Of a stretch of DNA of 37,184 bases, positions 1-9,100 are shown piece by piece. Below the pieces are notes generated by a model. It made no database searches. It was not told the DNA's origin and saw nothing but the letters and a program-made list of their open reading frames with translations. The stretch is from NCBI GenBank assembly GCA_039933375.1, contig JBDTOF010000114.1:1-37184 (forward strand), given 5' to 3'. A program made the translations under genes and the position numbers. The stretch's first letter is position 1, and each line of letters begins with the position of its first letter. The stretch is from Chloroflexota bacterium (lineage in GTDB: Bacteria > Chloroflexota > Limnocylindria > Limnocylindrales > CSP1-4).

Positions 1-299
1 TCGTCGGGCGCCGCAAAGGCCAGCGGGCCACCGGCCACGGTGGCAACCGGGGCAATGGCAACCGAGATTACGGCCGGGTCGAACACGTCGGACCGTGGCT
101 CGATTGACGGGGTTGCGCCGGTGGACAATGGCCCAGACGCCATGGCGCTCGCCGTCGGGGTTCTGGTCTCGGCAGGCAGTGCGCTGGCGGGCGATGACGG
201 CGACGCCCCGTTGCATGCAGCAACGAGGACCAGGATCCAGAAGAGGCGTGCAATTCCCGCTGAAATGGCGAGCGACCTGCGGCGGCTTCGAGCCTTCAA
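1..299 (-). CDS. Putative lipoprotein, 5' part only (runs off the left edge of the window)
   Basis: Absent from the ORF track because it has no stop in the window. The minus-strand frame starts at TTG 299-297, which overlaps the DUF72 stop as TTGA. It reads MKARSRRRSLAISAGIARLFWILVLVAAC/NGASPSSP...: a basic n-region, a hydrophobic core and a lipobox VAAC. The frame is open to position 1 and has a strong G/C third-position bias. Confidence 0.55.
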   Translation of the reverse strand, partial: MKARSRRRSLAISAGIARLFWILVLVAACNGASPSSPASALPAETRTPTASAMASGPLSTGATPSIEPRSDVFDPAVISVAIAPVATVAGGPLAFAAPD

Positions 300-1045
300 C
301 CGGCCAGGCCCGTCAGTTCAGTCGCCAGTTCCGCGGCCCGACCAGATTCGTCGTGACGGAAGACGACGAGCACCGGGTGGCCTGCCTCGAGGAATGGCTT
401 GAGGCGTGCGGCCCACGCCACGAGTTCGTCCGTGGAGTAGTCGAGACGCCTCAGGCGCAGGTACAGACCCGTGCCGGTGACCCGGATATCCAGCGGCCCG
501 TCTTGCTCCGGAAGTTCCGTCGTGCAGAGGACCGCTCCCGCGTCGCGCATCGCCTCGAACGTCTCATCGACATGCCAGGACGGATCGACAAATTCGAGGA
601 CCAGCGGGAGGGATTCGGGCCAGGCCGACAGGAGTTGCCGGATCGCCTCGTCGGAGGTTCCATCCGTGCTCCGTCGGATCGTTCCGGGAATGCGGTAGAG
701 GACTGCGCCCAATCGATCCCCGAATGCGTCGAGCCGGTCGGTCAGCCAGGCGACGCTCTCCTGCGGTGTCGACAACAGCGCCCGCATCGAGGCTCCTCGC
801 TGGGCCTTGACGACAAAGCGGAAGGTCTCGGGAACGGCATCGCACCACGTGCTGATCCGGTCGCTGGTTGGGCGCTGGTAGAAGGTGTTGTTCAGCTCGA
901 CGGCGCCGAGACGAGACGAGTAGAACGCCAATCGATCGGAGTCGCGGAGGCCCGCTGGATAGAATCTGGGCGCCCAGTCCGGATAGGCAAAGCCCGAGGT
1001 CCCCGCGACGAGCTTCTCCGCCGTGCTGCCGAGTCCGCGGATCAG
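296..1045 (-). CDS. DUF72 (YecE-like) family protein
   Basis: The ORF track gives 296..931 (TTG start). The same frame stays open up to a TAA at 1100-1102 and encodes KLVAGTSGFAYPDWAPRFYPAGL, the conserved DUF72 N-terminal block (GTSGW.Y..W...FYP). Downstream motifs are VELNNTFY and FRFVVKA. There is no ATG/GTG/TTG in the extension; CTG 1045-1043 overlaps the MarR stop (CTGA). The family call is solid, but the start coordinate is inferred. Confidence 0.8.
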   Translation of the reverse strand: MIRGLGSTAEKLVAGTSGFAYPDWAPRFYPAGLRDSDRLAFYSSRLGAVELNNTFYQRPTSDRISTWCDAVPETFRFVVKAQRGASMRALLSTPQESVAWLTDRLDAFGDRLGAVLYRIPGTIRRSTDGTSDEAIRQLLSAWPESLPLVLEFVDPSWHVDETFEAMRDAGAVLCTTELPEQDGPLDIRVTGTGLYLRLRRLDYSTDELVAWAARLKPFLEAGHPVLVVFRHDESGRAAELATELTGLAG

Positions 1046-1584
1046 GCCCGTGCTCGGACCTGGTCGTGCGCCGGGCCAGTGTGCTCGGCAGCTTCGTGGT
1101 TATCACAGATGCCACCGGGTTCGCACAGCCCCGCCGCAACGGCGTGCATCGCCCGCTCGACAACTTGAACGTCATCGCCGTCTATCGCGGCGTAGAAGTG
1201 ATCCCGGATTCCGGCCAGGTGCGTCGGAGCGGCGGCACGCAGCCGAGCCAGCCCGGAGCCAGTGAGAGAGGCCTCGGCTCCGCGAGCATCGCTGGCGCAA
1301 CTCGTCCGCTCAACCAGACCATCGTCAACAAGGCGATCGATCAGCCGGGTCACGCCGCTCTTGGAAAGCAGGAGGAAATCAGCCAGTCGGCCCATCCGCA
1401 GCCGTCGCCCCGGCGCCTCTGCCAGGTGGAGAAGCGTCTCGTATTCCTGGAGCGAGAGAGCGTGTGCGGCGCGCAGATCCTCATCCATGCGACGCGCCAG
1501 GCGGGCATGCGCGTGCAGGAACGAGCGCCACGGTCCGAGATCCATCTCGTCGGTGCTGGCGGAGGGCGCGCGCTCTGTCGTCAT
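1042..1584 (-). CDS. MarR family transcriptional regulator
   Basis: 180 aa. Winged-HTH region LSLQEYETLLHLAEAPGRRLRMGRLADFLLLSKSGVTRLIDRLVDDGLVER is typical of MarR. It is divergent from the class V aminotransferase operon. Confidence 0.85.
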   Translation of the reverse strand: MTTERAPSASTDEMDLGPWRSFLHAHARLARRMDEDLRAAHALSLQEYETLLHLAEAPGRRLRMGRLADFLLLSKSGVTRLIDRLVDDGLVERTSCASDARGAEASLTGSGLARLRAAAPTHLAGIRDHFYAAIDGDDVQVVERAMHAVAAGLCEPGGICDNHEAAEHTGPAHDQVRARA

Positions 1585-1684
1585 GGCCTCATCCTACCCG
1601 GAGAATCGTTGCGTCGCCAACCATCTCCTGCGATTCGTGCTGTCGGCCGGGCACCGACGCGCCTCGAGAGGTAGGATCGAGTCC

Positions 1685-2938
1685 ATGACGAACCTCGATA
1701 TTGCTGCGCTCCGATCCCGCTTTCCGGCCCTCGCGCGGACCCATGACGGACTGCCGTTCATCTACTTCGATGGGCCTGGCGGCACACAGGTGCCGGACGT
1801 CGTCATCGATGCCGTGGCCGATTACTACCGGAGCTCGAATGCCAACCATGGCGGCGCCTTTGCGACGTCCGGTGTATCGGATGTGATCGTCGCGGAAGCG
1901 CACGCGGCGATCGGGGATCTGCTCGGCGTGGATGCCGACGAGGTCGTCCTCGGCGCCAACATGACGACCCTCACGTTCCACCTCAGCCGCTCGATTGCCG
2001 CTGCCCTCCAGCCCGGCGATGAGATCGTCGTGACCGGACTCGATCACGCGGCGAACGTCGATCCCTGGATCGCCGTGGCCGCGGATCGGGGCCTCGTCAT
2101 CCGCTGGTGGGAGCCGCGGCTCGACGATTGCACCCTGGACCTGGACGATCTCCGTGCGATCCTCTCGCCGCGGACGAAACTCGTTGCGGCCGGCTGGGCC
2201 TCGAATGCCGTCGGCACGATCAATCCCGTGGCAGACATCGTCGAGGCCGCCCACTCGGTGGGCGCCTGGGTCTACATCGATGCGGTTCACGCCGCCCCGC
2301 ACCTCCTGATCGATGCTGCAGCGGTCAACGCCGATTTCGTCGCCTGTTCGGTCTACAAGTTCTTCGGCCCGCATGTCGGCGCGGTCTATGGGCGTCGCTC
2401 GATCCTGGCAGGCCTCAAGGCCTATAAAGTCCGGCCGTCCGACTCCGGATATGAGACCGGCACCGGCAACTTCGAAGGGTTCGCCGGAGCGCTGGCGGCC
2501 GTCAGCTACCTCGAGAGCGTCGGGGTCATGGCGGGGGCGTCACCCGGAGCGACGCGTCGTGATCGACTCGTCGCCGCGATGACCGCGATCCGTGCGGTGG
2601 AGATAGCCCTGTACCGACACCTCCACGACGGACTGGCGGCCATCGATGGCGTGAAGCTGTTCGGGATCACGGACCCGGCCTCGTTCGATCGCCGGACGCC
2701 AACTGCTGCGATCACGATCGAGGGCGTGCCCGCCCCCGACGCCGCCACGACACTGGGCCGAGCCGGAATTGCCGTGTGGGATGGGAATTTCTACGCCCTC
2801 GGCCTGGTCGAACGGCTGGGCCTCGCCGACCGAGGCGGCCTGGTCAGGATCGGGCTGACTCACTACAACACGACCGAGGAGGTCGACCGGTTGCTGGCCG
2901 AGGTGGGCCGAATCGCGGCGAGCGCCGGCGGCTCGTGA
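1685..2938 (+). CDS. Class V aminotransferase, cysteine desulfurase-like (VC1184-type subfamily)
   Basis: Internal ATG of ORF 1262..2938. N-terminus is MTNLDIAALRSRFPAL...IYFDGPGGTQVP...NANHGGAFATS, and the gene also contains CSVYKFFGPHVG. The region upstream of 1685 is Arg/Ser-rich and non-protein-like. Confidence 0.85.
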   Translation: MTNLDIAALRSRFPALARTHDGLPFIYFDGPGGTQVPDVVIDAVADYYRSSNANHGGAFATSGVSDVIVAEAHAAIGDLLGVDADEVVLGANMTTLTFHLSRSIAAALQPGDEIVVTGLDHAANVDPWIAVAADRGLVIRWWEPRLDDCTLDLDDLRAILSPRTKLVAAGWASNAVGTINPVADIVEAAHSVGAWVYIDAVHAAPHLLIDAAAVNADFVACSVYKFFGPHVGAVYGRRSILAGLKAYKVRPSDSGYETGTGNFEGFAGALAAVSYLESVGVMAGASPGATRRDRLVAAMTAIRAVEIALYRHLHDGLAAIDGVKLFGITDPASFDRRTPTAAITIEGVPAPDAATTLGRAGIAVWDGNFYALGLVERLGLADRGGLVRIGLTHYNTTEEVDRLLAEVGRIAASAGGS

Positions 2939-2973
2939 GCCACGGCGTGCCTCGCACGTACGGCGCCCAGAGC

Positions 2974-3804
2974 ATGACGGCGCCGTTGCGCGACGTTCTC
3001 GTCACGCGGCCGGGCGCGGCGTTCGGACGGGCCTTTGACGACCCGGCGCACGGGTTCCTTCACGCGGTCGATCTCGCGCTGGCTATTCGGGAGCACGCTC
3101 GATTCGTGGAGGTCCTTTCATCGCTCGGCCCGCGGGTGCACGTGCTCGAGGAGGAAATGGAGAGCCCCGATTTGCTCTACCCGTTCGATCCGCTGCTCGT
3201 CTCGGACCAAGGGTCGATCGCGCTGCGACCCGGCAAGCCCAACCGCCGCGCCGAGCCCGCCGTTCTCGAGGCCTGGACCATCGGGGCGGGGATTCCGACG
3301 GCCGGTCGGATCGAGGCGCCCGGCACGATCGAAGGAGGTGACACGTTCTGGTTGCGACCGGATCTCCTGTGCATCGGCCGGACCCTCCGAACGAACAGCG
3401 AGGGCGTCCGGCAGCTGTCGGAGATCGTCGGCGGTGACGTCCGGGTCTTCGACGTCCCGTACTGGCGGGGACCCATCGAGCTGATCCACCTGCTGTCCGT
3501 GATTTCGCCCGTGGCGGGTGACCTGGCCGTCGTCTTTCCGCCCCTCCTGCCGGTCGGACTCTGGGAGCTCCTCAACGAACTGGGCATCCGGATGCTGGAG
3601 GTGCCCGAGGAGGAGTTCGGCACCCTTGGCTGCAACGTCCTGGCCGTCCGGCCGGGGGTCGTCATCGTTGCCGACGGCAACGCAGTCACCGCTGCTGCCC
3701 TGGCCTCTGCGGGCTGCGAGGTCCACACCTATCCGGCCGCCGAGATCGGGATCAACGGTTCAGGCGGCCCGACCTGCATGACGCGGCCGATCCTGCGCGA
3801 GTGA
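2974..3804 (+). CDS. Guanidino-group modifying enzyme superfamily protein (amidinotransferase / DDAH / arginine deiminase-like)
   Basis: Internal ATG of ORF 2776..3804; an alternative GTG at 2935 overlaps the upstream stop as GTGA. The C-terminal catalytic-Cys motif is NGSGGPTCMTRPILRE. GTIEGGDTFW and HLLSVISPV blocks are also present. Confidence 0.8.
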   Translation: MTAPLRDVLVTRPGAAFGRAFDDPAHGFLHAVDLALAIREHARFVEVLSSLGPRVHVLEEEMESPDLLYPFDPLLVSDQGSIALRPGKPNRRAEPAVLEAWTIGAGIPTAGRIEAPGTIEGGDTFWLRPDLLCIGRTLRTNSEGVRQLSEIVGGDVRVFDVPYWRGPIELIHLLSVISPVAGDLAVVFPPLLPVGLWELLNELGIRMLEVPEEEFGTLGCNVLAVRPGVVIVADGNAVTAAALASAGCEVHTYPAAEIGINGSGGPTCMTRPILRE

Positions 3805-6071
3805 TCTCGCAGGTCCCGACTATGCGAGGATCCCCCATGGCCATCTACGCGTTGGGTATCGCGACATCCGCGTTCCTGTTGTTCTGGCTCGAGCCACTGA
3901 TCGGCCAGATCGTGCTTCCGCTGTTCGGCGGCACTCCGGCGGTCTGGGCCACGATACTGGCCTTCTTCCAGGCCACTCTCCTTCTCGGCTACCTTTATAG
4001 CCACGCCCTTGTCACACGGCTCAGCCCACATCGGGCGGTGGCCGTCCACCTGTTGCTGGCGCTCGTCGCGACCGCCTGGATCGGCCTCCAGCCGTTCGCC
4101 GCGGATCCGATCGAGGGCGGCGGCCTGCCGGCCGTCGTCGACCTGCTGCGCGTCCTGACGTTGCTGGTGGGGCCACCGGTCGTCATCCTGACCGCCACCA
4201 CACCGCTCCTGTCGGCGTGGTTCGCCGCGGGTCGATCGCCCAGTGACGAGCGAGACCCATACATGCTGTATGTCATCAGCAACGCCGCCTCTCTGGCCGC
4301 GCTCGTCGCCTTCCCGTTCCTGATCGCGCCAGCGGTCGGTCTGTCGAGGCAGATGACCCTGTGGACCGGCGGCTTCGCGATCCTGGCGGGTGTGCTGGCC
4401 CTGGCCGGATTCGCCGCCCGGCGCGCGTCGGTCGGAACCGGGTCAGCTCACCGGCTGACGAACCCCGCCCCGCGTTCGCCCGCCGTCGGATGGCAACGGC
4501 GATTGCGCTGGTCGCTCCTCGCTGCGGTGCCGGCCGGCCTGCTGGCGGCCGTGACGAACTTCATTTCTGTCGACCTCATCGCCGCGCCGCTGCTCTGGAT
4601 CGGGCCCCTGATCCTCTATCTGGGTTCGTTCATCGTGGCCTTCTCGGAGCGCGGACGAAGCCTCGTGCCGCGAGCCGCGACCCTGACGCCCGCCGTCGTG
4701 ACCCTGCTGTGGGTCCCGATCGGATCGGCCGGGGGCTGGCCGGTGATCGCGCTGATCCTGATGGCGTGGGTGGGTCTGGCGATCGTCGCCACGGCGCTTC
4801 ACGGCCGACTCGCGATGGATCGTCCGCCACCAGACCGTCTGACCGAGTTCTACCTGGTGCAGTCGATCGGTGGCGTGGCCGGTGGGGCTTTTGTCGCGAT
4901 CCTTGCACCGTCGTTGTTCCCAGGTGTCTGGGAGTACCCGATCCTGCTCGCTGGAGCGCTGGCGGCCCTGGCGCTCAAGCCCCCGGGAGCAGCCCGGCAT
5001 CCGGCATCCGACCGCCCAGACGCCCGGGCTGGCCGACGCTTCGACTTCGGCCCCTTCTTCGCAGGAGCCGGCACTCGACTCGGTCCCTACGGCGTTGTCA
5101 CGGTCGTCGTCCTGGCGATCATGGCCGCCGACCGGTCGGTGGCCCTCGAGGCAGCGAGTCGATGGTTCTTGGTCGGTGGGCTCATCCTTCTGGTAGGCGG
5201 GCCTCCGAGGTTCCTCGCGGTCGCCACCGCCTTCACGCTCGCGATTGCGACCCTGGTGCTTCCCGGCCCCGCGCTGCTTCGGGATCGGAGTTTCTTCGGT
5301 GTGACCGTGGTAAGTCGCTCATCCGAGGAGCAGGTCACGGTCCTGATGAACGGGACGACGCTTCATGGCATGCAGTCGACCGACCCGTTGTTACGTCGTC
5401 ACCCGACGACTTATTACGCGCCGAGCGGACCCCTCGGTGACGTGTTCGCGTTGCTCGAAACGGCGCAACCGACGGCAGCGATCGGTGTCGTTGGTTTGGG
5501 AGCTGGCACGGTGGCGGCTTACGGGCAGCCCGGCCAGACCATGACCTTCTTCGAGATTGACCCGCTCGTCGTCCGGGTTGCCACCGACGAACGGTTCTTC
5601 ACCTATCTCTCGGATGCACCGATACCGCCGCGCATCATTCTGGGCGACGCACGACTATCGATCCGCAATACGCCCTCGGGCGCCTTCGACCTGCTCGTCC
5701 TTGATGCCTTCTCATCCGATGCCATCCCGGCCCACCTGCTCACGGTGGAGGCGCTGTCCGACGATCTCCGGGTCCTGCGGCCAGGTGGACTTCTGGCGGT
5801 TCACGTCTCGAACCGATATTACGATCTGGCGGCTGCGCTTGGCGCCGCCGGCGATCGCCTGGGCGTGGTCGTCCTTGATAAGGGGTACAGCCCAAGCCTG
5901 TCGGAATCCGCCGCGTTTGCCGCTATCTCCCATTGGGTGCTGATCATCGACGATCCAGAGCAGGCCGAAGTGTTTCGCTCGCTAGGCTGGCAGACCGCGT
6001 CAGGCTCCAGTCTGGAACCGCTCACGGACGACCATCCGGATGTCCTCCGGTTCCTTTCGATCGATCGCTGA
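3801..6071 (+). CDS. Polytopic membrane protein fused to a spermidine synthase-like (class I MTase fold) domain
   Basis: About 500 aa of hydrophobic helices are followed by VGLGAGTVAAYGQPGQTMTFFEIDP...FDLLVLDAFSSDAIPAHLLT...LRPGGLLAVHVSN. GTG 3801 overlaps the upstream stop (GTGA); in-frame ATGs at 3822 and 3837 are alternative starts. Confidence 0.8.
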   Translation: MISQVPTMRGSPMAIYALGIATSAFLLFWLEPLIGQIVLPLFGGTPAVWATILAFFQATLLLGYLYSHALVTRLSPHRAVAVHLLLALVATAWIGLQPFAADPIEGGGLPAVVDLLRVLTLLVGPPVVILTATTPLLSAWFAAGRSPSDERDPYMLYVISNAASLAALVAFPFLIAPAVGLSRQMTLWTGGFAILAGVLALAGFAARRASVGTGSAHRLTNPAPRSPAVGWQRRLRWSLLAAVPAGLLAAVTNFISVDLIAAPLLWIGPLILYLGSFIVAFSERGRSLVPRAATLTPAVVTLLWVPIGSAGGWPVIALILMAWVGLAIVATALHGRLAMDRPPPDRLTEFYLVQSIGGVAGGAFVAILAPSLFPGVWEYPILLAGALAALALKPPGAARHPASDRPDARAGRRFDFGPFFAGAGTRLGPYGVVTVVVLAIMAADRSVALEAASRWFLVGGLILLVGGPPRFLAVATAFTLAIATLVLPGPALLRDRSFFGVTVVSRSSEEQVTVLMNGTTLHGMQSTDPLLRRHPTTYYAPSGPLGDVFALLETAQPTAAIGVVGLGAGTVAAYGQPGQTMTFFEIDPLVVRVATDERFFTYLSDAPIPPRIILGDARLSIRNTPSGAFDLLVLDAFSSDAIPAHLLTVEALSDDLRVLRPGGLLAVHVSNRYYDLAAALGAAGDRLGVVVLDKGYSPSLSESAAFAAISHWVLIIDDPEQAEVFRSLGWQTASGSSLEPLTDDHPDVLRFLSIDR

Positions 6072-6136
6072 TGGTGCGCCGGGCGTCATGGTCATGATCA
6101 GCGTCATCACGAACTTGCCCGCGTCATCGTGGGCCG

Positions 6137-9100
6137 TCACGAAGCCCCCGGATCGATTGGTGTGGCGAGCTCCACGAACCGGCACAGCACGTTGAGGTGT
6201 CGCATCTGCTCGGGTGTGCGACAAGCGACCGCGAGGAGCGCCGGATTGGCGATCACGACGGCGAGGCCCTGCGCCCGCGACACCGCGACATTGAGGCGGT
6301 TGCCCGAGTAGAGGAACTCGAGGTTGCGCGGAGCGTCCTCTGGCGTCGACGTGGTCATCGAGTAGATCGCGATTGGTGCCTCCCGGCCCTGGAACTTGTC
6401 GACAGTACCAACGTTGGGTCGACCACCAAGCCGCTGTTCGACGCGGCGTGAAATCTCGGCGACCTGCGCGTTGTAGGGAGCAACGACCAGAATGTCGTCC
6501 ATCGCCAGCGGCCGTTCATGCCCGGCGCGATCCCGCCACGACCGTCCGATGAGCAGCTCGATCGCACCAGCGATCCAGTCGGCTTCCTCGGGTGATCGAT
6601 TCGCGGCATCCCGATGGTCGATCGCAACGTGCCGGACCCCGGTCCCGCCAACCGGTTGCCCGTCGGTGAGGCTCTGCCTGGCGTTGGCCGGATCGGTTTC
6701 GAGCCGGCCGTCGTAGAACGCATCGGAGATGAAGGCATTGATATCCGGGTGGAGCCGATAAGTCGTATCGAGGAGGAGCCCGCGTTCCGGTGCAATCGTC
6801 CGCTCGCCGCGCACGAGGTGCTCCAGAGCAGAGGCCTCAGCACCTTCCGGATGCGTCCCGCTCGAGACCTGAGGGAGCTGGTTCGGATCGCCGAGGAGGA
6901 CGAGGGACGGTCCAGCGACCGAGACGGCGAGGGTATCCGCCAGCGAGAACTGGCCTGCTTCGTCGATGAACAGGACATCAACCGATCCCTCCATCTCTTC
7001 GCGAGCCCAGAGCCAGGCGGTCCCGCCCACGACATCGAAGCGACCCTCGCTGAGTCCGTCCCGGGCCGCGTCGTTTGTCCCGAGCCGGGCGACATTCGCC
7101 CAGTCCGGGGTCAGGGCCTCGTCGTCCGTCTTCTGGGCGATGTGGACGGTCCGACCCTCATCCCTCGCGGCTCGGGCGATCGACTCGAGCGCGTTGGCGA
7201 TCACGCGATGCGATTGCGCCGTCACGCCGACCTGCCGACCCGCCGCCACGAGGTCGAGGATCATCCGGGCCGCCGTGTAGGTCTTGCCGGTTCCGGGCGG
7301 TCCCTGGATCGGCAGCACGCCCTCTCGAAGCTCGAGGCCAAGCCGCCGCGCCGTCGTCAGCGCATCGGCTCCCGGCCGCAGCAGCGCTCCACCGGCGAGC
7401 ACACTTTCCAGATCCGGCGGCCGACCCAGGAGCGCGTCACGAGCGGCCGGATAGCGTTCCAGTCCACCGAGGCCAGAGGCGATCGCCGCGTCGCCGATCC
7501 GACCAAGAGCCTTCCACTGCTCGTCCGTCCTCATCGGACCCGTCGGAATCAGTGCTCGCGGATGGGCTGCCTTCGACGACATCTTGAGATCGATCCAGCC
7601 CGCCACCGGGTCAATGGCGAGCACGTCCAGGCTGGATGGCTTCGCGTCGGGGTCGGGCCAGAGAGCATTGAAGGACTTGCCGGCATCCACCTTGTGGTCC
7701 TGGTCAGGATCGAACCGGTAGCGGCGGATCACCGACCTCGCGATCGGCCCGCGGTCTTCCGCAAAGGCGAGATCGGCCAGTGACGACGCATCCTCGAGCA
7801 ACTCCTCCGCGGCGGCCTCTCGAAGCCGGTACTGGTCCCACCAGGCCGGTTTGGCCTCGCGCCGGTGCCAGTCCAGCAGCCCGGCGAGGAGCCACGTCGC
7901 CTGCTGGTCGTCCGTCCGGTCCTCGCGGGCGATCGGCAGCCCGGCCTTGAGGGCGTCCTCGCGCCCACGTGTGATCACCGCCTTTTCCGCAAGGTCCTTG
8001 TCCGGGTCCCCTTCGCGCTGGCCGGGCCGCGGGACCGTGCCGTCCGGGTACCAGTCCGGGTGTTCGGCGAGAGCCTGGGTTCGGCGCTCCTCGAGCCAGT
8101 CGCGGAGCTTCAGGTTGGAGATGCAGTCGTCCCGGTTGTAGGCGGCGATGGCTTCCAAGATCTCCGGCGACCCCTCGTCGATCCAGCGTTCGTATTCCAC
8201 GATCGAGAACCCGGCGTTGGTGATGCCTCCCTCGCGCTTCGGCAGGTAGAAGACCTCGAGGTCCTTGATCGAGTAGCGCTCGACGCTGGCGAGCAGTGCA
8301 TGGCGGACGACATGGTCGTAGAGGTTGACGAAGCCACCCGCCCGGAGGAGGACATCGATCTCGTCCTCGCGTGTTGCGTGGCGCTGCATGAGCCGCTTGA
8401 CCGCACCGGTCTCGTAGCCCCCGTAGTGATAGATGTGCATGCCGGGGTCGCGCCCTCGACGCTCCATGACCATGTCCACGAACGACTCGAGCGCGGCCTT
8501 CTCGGCCGCGCGATCGTGCGCCCAGGTCAGGTGGAACTCCGGCTCGCCGGCTGGGATGGCCTCCACCCAGCCGAAGAGGTACTCGAGGCCGCCGTCCATG
8601 GCGAGTGGGTCGGCCTCGAGGTCGAAGAAGACGTCGAGTGGCGACGGTGAGGGCAGGGCGGCCAGGCCCTTGCCGGGATCTCGCTCCTCGGGCGCCAGCA
8701 ACTCGAATCGCGGCACGCCGGTCGACCGTCGCTCCAACTGGAGCGCCGCCTGACGCCGCAGTCGATCCTGGATTCGGGGCGCCATCTTCGCGATTCGCTG
8801 GTCTGGATCGAGCGTCGCCAGCGCGGTCCCGGTCGCCACATCCGCGTCGATCAGCTTGCGGCGCTGGACTCGCGTGGCACCGGCCACGATCGAGAGGTGA
8901 TCGTCCGCCCGGCGACGATCCATGCAGGCGGTCCACCACGGACAGATGTCGCAGTGGGCCACGGGCTCCGGATAGGTGGGTACCTGCGCAGCGCCACCGG
9001 CCATCGCTGCCGTCCCGAAGACGCGGTCCTCGAACCGGGCCCGCGATCTTCGGAAATACGCGGCGTAGTCCCCGAAGCGATAGGCGTGCGTGCTGGCGTC

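Noticed and set aside
40-402. Plus-strand ORF 40..402 (120 aa) at the left edge.
   Set aside because: It is antisense to a better-supported minus-strand lipoprotein frame (signal peptide plus lipobox, coupled TTGA start) and to the 3' end of the DUF72 gene. It has no motifs.
1603-1636. GAATCG ... CGATTC inverted hexamers in the MarR / aminotransferase divergent region, considered as a possible MarR operator.
   Set aside because: There are only 6 bp per arm, separated by 22 nt, which is unlike the compact palindromes bound by MarR dimers. A chance occurrence is plausible and I cannot support it from sequence alone.
6083-6127. GCGTCAT repeated three times at 18-20 nt spacing in the convergent gap between the spermidine-synthase-like gene and the nuclease-helicase gene (ATGACGC on the other strand).
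   Set aside because: The 7-mer is short and compatible with the local composition. The region lies between two gene 3' ends, where no operator is expected. The only ORFs it would start are tiny or antisense, and no hairpin forms. It is probably chance.
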